This document shows, piece by piece, positions 49,201-60,000 of a stretch of DNA of 60,000 bases (its first letter is position 1; every line of letters starts with the position of its first letter). Source of the DNA: Malacoraja senta (Eukaryota); NCBI GenBank assembly GCA_038087875.1, contig CM075988.1:15440001-15500000 (forward strand), given 5' to 3'. Made by a program: the position numbers and the translations under genes. The notes beneath the pieces were generated by a model. That model was given only the letters and a program-made list of their open reading frames with translations. It did not search any database and was not told where the DNA came from.

Positions 49201-51509
49201 ACTTATGTCTAGGCCGCAGTTTTGACTCCCAGTTCAGTTTAGTTTAGAGATACAATGCGGAAACAGGCCCTTTGGCCCACCGGGTCCTCGCCGACCAGCG
49301 ATCCCCGCACATTAACACTATCCTACACACACTAGGGACAATTTTACGTTTATACCAAGCCAATTTACCTGCATACCTTTTCGGCTTTGGAGTGTGGGAG
49401 GAAACCGAAGATCTCGGAGAAAACCCATGCAGGTCATGGGGAGAAGTACAAACTTCATACAGACAGCACCCATTGTCAGGATCGAACCTGGGTCTCCTGC
49501 GCTGCAAGCGCTGAAAGGCAGCAACTCTACCACTGCATCACCGTGCCTGCTGTGTATGTAAATTTTTTTTAAACATACGATCAAGCCTTATATAAAATAG
49601 TGGAGGAACTCAACAGGTCAGGCAGCACCTGTGGAGGGAATGGACAGGCAACATTTCAGGTCAGGTCCTCTTTTCAGACCTGAACCATCCCAAAACGTCA
49701 TCTGTCAATTCCCTCCACAGATGCTGCCTGACCTGCTGAGTTCTTCCAGCACTTTGCATTTTCCTCAAGATTCCAGCACTTGCAGTTCCTTACATCTCCA
49801 TCAGGCCTTATGCTCTGGCTCACTTACTTCCCAGCTGTTAGAAAGATTGAAACTTTTCCTCCACCATCCATAAGACCATGTAGCTGACCAAATCCTTGTT
49901 TGAGAAAATCATTGGCCACCAGTTATTATTTTTCTCAAGTTACCCGAACACCCCCATAACATTGTCTGCCCCTCAGTTCACTGTGGCTGGAGGTGTGAGA
50001 CCATGACAGCCATCATCCACACATGTGGTTAAAACTATCTCTTCGGATTACTAATGGTTTATTTGTAGAGTCAAATTCAATATTAACATTTTTCACATGG
50101 CTAAGAATTTTGCTCACCTGGCCATCACCACCGTTACACTATGCTCTTCCCCGAGCTCGGGTTTCCTAATCACCATTGAAGACTCTGTGGCTTGTAAAAT
50201 TTTATTTTCATACTATAGGGTAAAGATACCCTATAGATACAATGGGTGATTTCTGCACAGAATATGGAGTATAAGCAAGTGACATGGCTTTATCAGCACA
50301 AATTCATATGTATTTCTAATAATCGTTGCCTGTTCATTCTTGCAATAGTATAACAAATGCACACTTTTATGACTTCCATTTCCTCAGGTTTCTTATCCTC
50401 ACACAATAAAAATCGTTCAGTGCGTAAAGGCCAACTCTCTCGCTTTGTTCAGACGTAGAAACGAGAAACTGCAGATGCTGGTTTACAAAAATGGAAACAA
50501 AGTGCTGGAGTTACCCAATGGGCCATTCAGCATCCCTGAGGAACATAGAGAGAGGAGAACTTCTTCAAAGAAGGCATCCCAACCCGAAACAATCACCTAT
50601 CCATATTGTGTGGTCTGTTCTTTTGGGGTGTGATCTGTTCAGGAGAAGCCCGCCTGTGATTTCAAATGCCATTCAGTTGGGTCAATGAGGATATCAGTGA
50701 GTACACCAACACTGCCTGACTTCAACCGGCGGAATAGTGAAGAGTGCCTAGTGGTTTAGATTGATTCCTCTACCTCTGGAAATACTGATGAGATGTACAG
50801 GTAAAACACAGTTTATTGTGTGTGGTACAAATACAAAGCAAAATAACACTGATCCACGATATCTGAAATAAAAACTTAAATTGTTGGAAATATTCATCAG
50901 GAAAGGAAATTCTTTTATTAGGATTTTACATCCTCTCAGTCTTAAAATGTATCTCGATAATTTTAAATCTGCTCCCTTTTTTTAAGTAGCTGCTATTAGC
51001 GAAGATTATGTTGTTGTCATCCAGAACAGACCTATCTTTTTCTTTGTGTTAGTCCTATTTACCATCCCCTTTGCATCTTTCACCGTTAATTAATCCTGCC
51101 TTTGATCCTCTCGCAAATATTTCCTCCATTTCCCACTATCAATCTCTATCACTATCCCACAATCTTCCCCGTTCTGTGGCAAAAGCACAATTCTTATCCT
51201 TGTTCTCCGATACAAACATCATGACGACAAAATCAATGTTTCTCTTGAGATCACACCTTCCTCGGCCAACAATGGACCCACCGGGCAACGCCCTGCCTGA
51301 GATCATTTGTGGCTGGTCCTGATTAATCCTGGTCTTTTCTTGCCTCCAGCTCTTCACCATCCCCATCCCCCCACCTTTCAGCCTGAAGAAGGGTCCCAAC
51401 CCGAAACGTCACCCATCCTTTTACTCCGATGCTTCCTGACCCGTTGAGTTACACCAGCACTTTAATGTCTATCTTTGAAATGCAAATCAGCCTGAAATGT
51501 GAACTGTGA

Positions 51510-52197
51510 AGGGCCTGTCCCACTTGGGTGTCATTTGCGCGTCATTTATGCGACATCACAAAAATTGGTTGAAGCGTTGTGACGCGCGCATGGTGCATGG
51601 TGCATGGTGCATGGTGCATGGTGCATGGCGCATGGTGCATGGCGCATGGTGCATGGTGCATGGTGCATGGTGCATGGTGAGGCATGGTGGCGTATGCAGT
51701 GATGCGCGGTAATGCGCGGCGCCCTAGAATTTTGCAGCTCAAAATCCTCGCACGCCACCTGCATGACGTATCCCTTGCGCACGCTGACGTACTGATGGCG
51801 CACGCTGACGTACTGACGGCGCGCGTGTAGTGCGTGGTGACGCATGGTTACGCACAGTGATGCACGAACATTGCCTATGCTAATTTATTATGCGTCACCG
51901 TGCGTCAACATCCGTAACCATGCGCCGCCGAACATTGTCGGTGCGTCATTTGCGCACCGCACCACATGACCACCCGGTTATAAAGCGCGCATAGTTTTGA
52001 AAATTTTTCACTGGGAAAATCCTTGCCGCGGAGATCGGACTAAGTACGAATGACATCGCAAATGGCTCCCAAAAGAAGCAGGGCCCTCAAGAGCACTTGC
52101 CGCGCGACTGTCGTACTACTGGACGATTTTCTCGTGACAGTCACTACTGGCCTGTCGTGTAAATGACACGCAAATGACGCCCAAGTAGGACAGGCCT
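51510..52197. mobile_element. Harbinger-type MITE with internal (GCATGGT)n tract
   Basis: AGGGCCTGTCCCACTTGGG ... CCCAAGTAGGACAGGCCT; same subfamily as 22977-23171. Confidence 0.85.
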
Positions 52198-52394
52198 TTT
52201 GCTCTCCAAACTTGCTGCCACACCTTCTGAGTACTTCCAGCATTTTCTCTTTTTATTAAATCTGCTAACATCTGCTCCTAAACACTATCTCGCCCGGAAT
52301 CAGATCCTAATTGTTTAAAAACATGCTATTAAAATTTGAAATTGCAGTAAGGAACAGGTCAAATAATCGTCTTTTTAATGAAACAGCAATGAAC

Positions 52395-52454
52395 TTATTC
52401 CTTGCTCTTAACCTTCAGTCTGCTGTATTCCTGTCTGTCGCCTTGTTTGATTCC
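52395..52454 (-). CDS. CD3G/D: CD3G/D copy A last coding exon
   Basis: ttttggttccag|[19 protein letters not shown]. Confidence 0.9.
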   Translation of the reverse strand, partial: GIKQGDRQEYSRLKVKSKE

Positions 52455-55400
52455 CTGGAACCAAAAGAGATGCAGTTAGCAAGTGCAATTCTGGAATCTG
52501 AGTCATATATCATCTTCCAATGCCTCCATTCCCTGAATTTCCAAGTGTTTATTCAAAAGCCTCTTAAATGCCACTATTGTATCTGATTCCACCACCTGGC
52601 AGGGCATTTCAGACACTCAACACCCACTGTGTGAAAAACATGCCCCACACATCTCCTTTAAACCTTCCCTCCAAAGAAATACAGGTATATAGGTTAATTG
52701 GCTTGGTGTATGTGTAAAATTGTCCCTAGTGTGTGTAGGATAGTGTTAATGAATGGGGATCGCTGGTCGGCGCGGACTCTGTGGGCTGAAGGGCTTGTTT
52801 CAGCGCTGTATCTTTAAACTAAACTAAACTAAACTAAACTGACTTTAAAAGTCCACCCTGTTTACTTTCTGGGCCATTCAAGAGTTGATTTGGATTTCCC
52901 TTCATGTTTATTCTCCTCATTGGCATTAGTGCTCACTGAATGCCTGCCCTGACCTTAAGCGGCATCACAGGCATATGCATGAGATATTTCACACGAAGTC
53001 CATGACTTACTGAGTAAAGTTCACCAGTGGCATCATTCGGAATTAGCGCCTGTCGATCAAAAGCTGCACAGAAGGAGAGAGAACAGTCATTAACAAGAAT
53101 AAAAAGTCTTCCATTTCTACAGCATAACTGTGACAGTGATGGGACATGAGGTTCAATTACATTGATGCAACAGCAAAGAAGGCTCACCAATGTCCCAACC
53201 CCCTCAGAGGACAAAGGAAATTCAACGTGTCTCTTACCCATTTCTATAGATGCACCATCGACAACATGGTATTGGGTTGCATCACCATTTGTTTTTGGCA
53301 GCAGCTCAGCTTAAGACCACAGAGAGTTGTGGATGCAGCCCACTCTATCAATCAAACCAGCCCCCCCCCCTGCCCCCGCCATTGACTCCATCTATATTTC
53401 ACTTACTACCTCATTATTTCTCCCTTATCCCATCGAGCAGAAGATACAAATCTTTGAAGGCATGTACCACCAAATCTTGCAAACTACATAATTGTGGCCC
53501 TTACACTTTAAAAAAAACATATATGCACCACTTTCTCTGTAACACTATGGCACCAGTTTTTGCACTCTGGTTATATCTCTCTTTGCACGACCTGATGTCC
53601 TTGTGTGTGGCTTGATTTTACTCATGTGTGGAATGTTTTTACTGAAGATCGTACAAATAAAGTTTTTCATTCAATGTAAAACAAAACAACATCAATACCT
53701 TTGCTGTAATGTTACCATGGAGCCCCATTCCTGTCTTTAGACATTATATCTGAGCAAGATGTGTAAGAAAGAACTGCAGATGCAGGTTTAAATGGAAGGT
53801 AGACACAAAATGCTGGAGTAACTCAGCGGGTGAGGCAGCATCTCTGGAGAGAAGGAATGGGCGACATTTCGGGTCGAGACCCTTCATCAGTCTGAAGAAG
53901 GGTCTTGACCCAAAACCTCGCCCGTTCCTCCTCTCCAGAGATGCTGCCTCACCCGCTGAGTTACTCCAGCATTTTGTGTCTACCTTATATCTGAGCGATC
54001 TCTGCACCTCACCAGTAATAGCATCCACAATGTAGAATAACATTTACTTGAGGTTGTTAATCTCCGTGGTCAAACAATGAACGTCAGAGTTTCAAGGTGC
54101 AGCGGCTTCTTATCTCCATTTAATTAAGAGTTACTGTGTCAAACGGCCAGACAAAAGCGGCCTGTCCTACCTCGATGAATCCTGACTTTGGGTGGGGTGG
54201 AAACACAGTAAACGGCCGCAGCGATGAGAAGTGTGGCGACAAGGTCTCCAATCACAAGCCCCGCCAAGGTCCCTGAATCAACTTCCACACAATTCCGACA
54301 AGCTGAAAAAAGGAGTGAACAGAGTAGATTAAACAGAAGTCTAAATCTAAGGGCGGTATGGTGGAGCAGCCATAGAGTTGCTAGAGAACCAAGTTCGATC
54401 CTCTCCACGGGTGCTGTCTGTATGGAGTTTGTATATTCTCCCCATGACCGCGTGGGTTATCTCCGGGTGCTCCGGTTTCTTCCCACACTCTAAAGACGTA
54501 CAGGTTTGTAGGTTAAGGTGGCTTCGGCAAGTGTATATAGGATAGTGTGTATAGGATACACACTATCCTAGTGTGAAAGATAACGCTAGTGTACGGGGAT
54601 CGCTGGTCGGCGTGGTTTCAGTGGGATGAAGGGCCTGTTTCCACGCTGTACCTCTAAACCAAACTATCTTTACTCTTCAAAACATATGTTAAACCAGTGA
54701 AAAAGAATGGATGCAACAACAAGCTGAAGGTGAATCACTATATGTTCTCTCCTCGTCCCTCGGAGGTACAGAACCTCACCAAGGCACCCAGAACATGTTG
54801 ATAACAATTGGTAAAAAGAGAACCCTTAACGGCATTGATGTACAGAGGGATTGTGAAATTCAAGTCCAGAGCTTCCTGAAAGTAGTAATGTGAGGAGGTA
54901 GATTGTTAAAGAACGCGTATGTTATGCTTGCCTTCATCAGTCAGTGCATTGAGTCGAAGTGTCAGGAAGTCATGTTGCAGCTTCAGATAACTTTGGTTAG
55001 GCCGCATTTGGAGCATTATTCTAGTCGCACCATTACAGGAAGGATGTGGGGGATTTGGATGCGATGCACAGAGGTTAGCAGAATGCTGTCTGGATTAGAG
55101 GCTATTAGCTATAAGGAGAGGTTAGACAAACTTGCAATGCCTTTTCTGGAGCGTTGGCAGCTGAGGGGAGACCCGATGGAAGGTTATAAAAGTGCGAGGG
55201 GCATTGATAGGGTAGACAGTAAGGCTCTTTTTTCCCAGCGAAGAGATGTTAAATACTAGAGAGCTTTAAGGTTAGAGAGGTAAAGTTTAAAGGAGATGTG
55301 CAGACAAGGTTTTTTACACAGTGTACCTGGAACACACTGCCAGGGTGGTAGTGGAAATAGATATGAAGGTGGCACTAAAGGGGCTTTAATATGGGCAGAT

Positions 55401-58291
55401 GGAAATGCAGGGAATGAAGGAATATGGAGCAAGTGGAGGCACATTTAACGAGGCACCATGTTGGGCACAGACGCTGCGGGCCGAAGGGCCTGTTCTCGTG
55501 CTGTATTGTTCCATGTTCTATGTTCTTCATTCGAGGTTGTTGACCCTCATGGAGGAAATTTGAGGTTAATCCTTGGCCGACTCTGTGACACTGAGGTGCT
55601 GTGTAACTCTTTGTTATATGCCACCTCGCTGTCACCCAGGTTGAGCTCGGCTAATTCAACACATTGGACAAAAACTGGAACATTTATCATGAGTTTCATT
55701 TGTCAATACCCAAGGGGAAAAGAAGAAGTGGTGATTTTATCTGAAGAAGGGTCTCGAACCGAAATGTCACCCATTCCTTCTCTCCAGAGATGCTGCCTGC
55801 CCCGTTGAGTTACTCCAGCTTTTTGTGTCTATCTTCGGTTTAAATCAGCATCTGCAGTTCCTTCCTACACAAACAAACCTTTTAGTGTCAGTATGACAAA
55901 CAGCGTTATTGCTTGTGCAGTTTGCCTCATACAAACGGTTTGTGGGACTGATTAGATCGTTTTTCCACAGACACAACACAATCCTGAGGGGTCAACTGGT
56001 CCACTCCATTTAAAAGCATTCATAACATTTGTTGGTTAACTGGTTCAACAATTATTGGCTGTCCTTAATAGCATTGAATCCAGCATCTTGTTGAAGTAGA
56101 GGTCATTTATAAGCCTAACGCACAGCTGTGGTCTAGAGTGCATTGTGAGCTGAGTAAGTTTTCTTATCTTCCAGAAAGCTTCCAGAAAGTTCCTGGCCCG
56201 AAATGTCACTTACCCATGTCCTTCAGATATGCTGCCTGACCTACTGAGTTACCCCAGCACTTCGGTTTTATTTTGTAAACCAGCATCCTGTGACCAAGTT
56301 TCTGTTTCTGAAGAGTATAAATTAACTAGTTGGGTTTTTAATAACAATCCAGTGGCTTCAAGCTCCTTGCTTTAATAGTGTGTGTTTTCTTAATCTATAG
56401 TTTTTAATTTTAGAAATTTTCTCATGTACATGATAAATTATTTTCATAAATGACTCTCATGTAAATTCCTGTACTCCCGTGGTTTGATAGTCTAGGCTCC
56501 TACGTTAAGGGCCTGTCCCACTGTACGAGGTAATTCAAGAGCTCTCCCGAGTAAAAAAAAAAATAATCAAACTCGTGGTAAGCACGTAGAATGTACGTAG
56601 CGGGTACATCGGAGCTCGGGACGTCTCTTAGCGGCTCGTAACGCTAATGGCAGGTACTCGGGAAATGTGGTAAGCTCGTGAAGACTCGTGAAGATTTTTC
56701 AACATGTTGAAAAATGTCCACGAGAGCTCCGAGTACCTACGAGCGGCTATTGCCGTAATTCTCCGAGTTCGAATCAGGGGAAACTCGGGAGAACTCTTGA
56801 ATTAGCTCGTACAGTGGGACAGGCCCTTTACCAGTCAGGTAGCATGACCACCTTGTGGCAGACACTGTCGAAAGTTAGAAGAGATCGGCACAGCGGTGCA
56901 GTGGAAGAGGTGCTGCCTTACAACGCCAGAGACCTGGGTTCAAATCTGACTACGGGGGCTGTCTGCACGGAGTTTGTACATTCTCCCTGTGACCGTGTGG
57001 GTTTTCTCCAGGTGCTCTGGTTTCCTCCCACACTCCAAAGACGTGCAGGTTTGTAGGTTAATTGGCTTCTGTGTATTGTCCCTGGTGTGTAGGGTTGAAC
57101 TAGTGTACAGGGTGACCGTTGGTCGGCGCGGACTCGGCGGGTTGAAAGGCCTGTTTCCACGCTGTATCTCTAAACTAAACTAAACTAAAAAAAGAGACTT
57201 TGTAATGTGTAACTTACCTCTGATGAAGACGAAGATAAGATCGGCGGAATCAGAGCAGCCGTATTTCGCTGTGTCCGCATCAGTCCGTATTGTTCGTAAG
57301 GAGGAGGACGTTTCCTTGACAGATTCGCCATAAGCGATTGTTACATTCGCATTGTTACCGCACTGGATTTGGAGAGTTGATCCACTAGGTATGATCTCTA
57401 AGAAAGGACAGAATGAGTTGCATCTCTACAGCACCTTTCATCACCTGATGGAGCCTCAAAGCGCAGCACACTGCCAATGTGGTCACTGTCTTAATGTAGG
57501 AAACATGGTGACTAACATGCCAACAATTATTTCTCTGAGCTCTGGTTTCTCATTCCTTTTCCTCAACTAATCAACCTCTCTGCCAACCTCCTCCCTCCTC
57601 ACCCACCCCACATAGGACCCAGCCTGAGACTGATCATCAAATCGGCAAGTGTAAGAGCAATGGCACAATAGGTGGTCTGAAACGCAAGGCCATAAGATGC
57701 AATCATTGTCCTTGTGCTTCAAGCCTGGAAGAAATTTAAGAGATTTATATCCAAAGGGGAGCTGAACAACTCCTTGCTTCATGAGCTCTACCCATGCTCC
57801 ATCCATCATAGTGGTAGGAATCCTACTAATGGAATGGGTTTTTGAACCCACCGATGCCATTGATTCATAGTCCACAGTTGTAGTCAGTTCAATACATCTT
57901 CCCTTATTCTGTACAAATAACTTTGGATCATCAAGTGTTTGTGAAATATCCAACCACATTTGTAGACTAATCCCCAATCGCATTTCCATTTGGGTATTTG
58001 TACCTCCGTGCTAAAGGACATTATTGATGCCCACCCAATGATCCACCGATCTTGATGGGTGGCAAATCAGAGCTGCACGTTTAATGCTTGTGGAAAGGAA
58101 TAATTCCTTGTTGAGCTTTACCACTCAAACTCTTAAGAGTGTAAATAATCTATACTCTGCCATGTAATTATGAAAACATTGTCTCTGGTCCCTGTTGAAA
58201 GCAGGTTTAGCTCAAATAGTATCTCCTCAAAATTTAAGTCGCTCTTTATGATACTGAAAATATCACTTACTTATCTTTGCCTCGCTGACCC
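52395..58291 (-). CDS. CD3G/D: CD3 gamma/delta chain, canonical copy A (exons 58271-58291, 57218-57397, 54171-54302, 53011-53063, 52395-52454; leader exon probably beyond right edge)
   Basis: GT-AG introns, phases 1,1,1,0. Protein: [147 protein letters not shown]. CxxCxE, TM Asp, DxxxLI motif, ITAM YSGI-x7-YSRL. Confidence 0.92.
53011..53063 (-). CDS. CD3G/D: CD3G/D copy A cytoplasmic exon
   Basis: [18 protein letters not shown]|gtaagt; 53 nt, phase 1-0. Confidence 0.9.
53756..53984. mobile_element. Penelope-derived palindromic unit with back-to-back hammerhead-like cores
   Basis: 12-bp TSD TTATATCTGAGC (53744-53755, 53985-53996); palindrome centred at ~53891. Confidence 0.8.
54171..54302 (-). 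CDS. CD3G/D: CD3G/D copy A stalk/TM exon
   Basis: CRNCVEVD...GDLVAT...AVYC; 132 nt; within ORF 54139-54408. Confidence 0.94.
54352..54665 (+). mobile_element. V-SINE
   Basis: SINE consensus; another copy at 56885-57190. Confidence 0.8.
54820..55525 (+). mobile_element. Degenerate CR1 LINE 3' fragment
   Basis: [32 protein letters not shown]. Confidence 0.8.
56508..56827. mobile_element. Harbinger-type MITE, 320 bp
   Basis: AGGGCCTGTCCCACTGTACGAG ... CTCGTACAGTGGGACAGGCCCT with TTA TSD. Confidence 0.9.
57218..57397 (-). CDS. CD3G/D: CD3G/D copy A Ig exon
   Basis: 180 nt open, LQIQC...AKYGC..FVFIR, NVT sequon, acceptor ctttcttag, donor gtaagt. Confidence 0.88.
58271..58291 (-). CDS. CD3G/D: CD3G/D copy A 21-nt micro-exon
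   Basis: tattttcag|GGGTCAGCGAGGCAAAGATAA|gtaagt on minus strand. Confidence 0.8.
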   Translation of the reverse strand, partial: GSARQR

Positions 58292-59604
58292 CTGAAAATA
58301 ACAGAAACAGAAAATTAGTCACGGAGTCATGGGTCACAGTTCACAACCTTGAGTCAATAGCATATACTTTACACTATCTCCATGAGAACAATCTGACCAT
58401 CTTTCAGATCAATGTATTAGCTGGGTTAGGATGCCACATGTTCCACCCCTTGAGGTTTTATACCAATTAGTGAAGAGAGTATTCAATTGACACCCATATT
58501 TCCATCTCCCGTACCATTTCCTCCCCCACGACATCCCACTCCCTACCCAACTTTTCTTTGGCACAACTGCTGAAAATCTGCACATTTTATTTCACTCTTT
58601 GAGAACGGCAGGGGAGAAAATCCAAGCAATTGCATATCTATTTTCTTAAATTAATTGATGAGAAATTACTGGAGCCTTTGATTAAGGAGTGAGGGACTGA
58701 AGTGTGAGAATGGACCAGCATGGATCTGCAAAGGGTCATGTTAGAGGACATTGACTAAACACTTTTCTGAGGTAACTGAACTGGTGGTCAGGCAATGCCA
58801 ACATATGTGGTTTATGTGGACTAGTAGAAGTCTTTTGATAAGAGATTGTGAGCCAAAATCTAAACGTATGGAACTGAAGACAATTTATAGAGCTGGCTAA
58901 GCGGTAATGAGAAATCAAATGGGCAGGATTTGTCTGTGTTAGAACTTCATCAATTTATGGACTGTTAATGAACTATTAATCGCGGGATAGAAATACAATT
59001 GTATAAAACAAAGTGGCTTTTAAAGCAGTGTAGAAAGAACCAACGTAATTATGAAAAACAATTACTGATCTTAAATGGTCGCGTGAATTACTTGTAAATG
59101 AATTTCAACAGGCAAATTAATGATAGTTTTTATTGTATAGAATTGCCAATTTTCTAAATGGTGAGAAATCCAAAAACAGTCAGGTCCAAATAGACTGGTG
59201 TAGGATAGAACAAAAAATTAACAAAATAGTGTAATGAGATATTGGTCCAAATATTGGGGGAGGCATAAATGGGGGAATTTAGACTCCAACTGTGCAAATG
59301 TCCAGTTAGCTTATACTCAGTGTATTATCTTTCCTCCTGGATAATACACCATGGTGAACAGGTATGGGCATTGAACAGGCCATTGTGCAGATTACCAGAA
59401 CAATATCGAGTCTAACGGTTAAATGGCGAGAATGGATGACAGATATTCCTGGAATTCAGAAAGTGTATAAATGACCATCGGTGCTGGTTAGACATTAATA
59501 TTAAACTAAGATGAATTTAGTTGTAACATTTAAAATCAAGGGCTATGAGGAAAAGAGAGGCATATGGAATCACACCATGTTCCTGTTATACCTTACTGAA
59601 AGGT

Positions 59605-59960
59605 ACAACAGGCTTGAATAGAGTGGATGTAGAGAGGATGTTTCCACTAGTGGGAGAGTCAAGGACTAGAGGTCATAGCCTCAGGATTAAAGGACGTTCC
59701 TTTAGGAAGGAGATGAGAAGGAATTTCTTTAGTTAGGGGGTGATGAATCTGTGGAATTCTTTGCCGCAGAGGCTGTGGAGGCCGTCAATGGATATTTTTA
59801 AGGCAGAGATAGATAGATTCTTGATTAGTACGTTTGTCAGGGGTTATGGGGAGAAGGCAGGAGAATTGGTTTAGGAGGGAGAGATAGATCAGCCACAATT
59901 GAATGGTGGAGTAGACTTGATGGGCCAAATGGCATAATTCTGCATTTATTACTTATGACC
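59605..59960 (+). mobile_element. CR1 LINE 3' end
   Basis: GLNRVDVERMFPLVGESRTRGHSLRIKG..EMRRNFFS. Confidence 0.85.
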
Positions 59961-60000
59961 CTTTGATCCAGGAGCTACATGATTTTTACTCGGAAATCCT

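Overview
Eukaryotic, repeat-rich DNA, very likely from a cartilaginous fish (skate/ray-like: HE1/V-SINE-type tRNA SINEs, CR1 LINEs, Penelope-derived palindromes). The window holds a CD3 gene cluster that I assembled by hand from splice sites. (1) A complete 6-exon CD3E on + (15104-22665, 185 aa). (2) A canonical CD3 gamma/delta gene on - (52395-58291; leader exon probably beyond the right edge). (3) A second, tandem CD3 gamma/delta paralog on - (36968-43495). It has the same exon phases and an intact ITAM, but has lost the stalk CxxC motif and the transmembrane acidic residue and has a very short Ig domain; this is the main finding. A CpG-rich signal-peptide exon on - (7353-7404) probably starts an MPZL2-like neighbour (synteny only). 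Also present: candidate CTCF sites, ETS:RUNX enhancer-like elements, several DNA-transposon MITEs with readable TSDs, and Penelope-derived units with hammerhead-like cores. All translations are manual and no database search was run.
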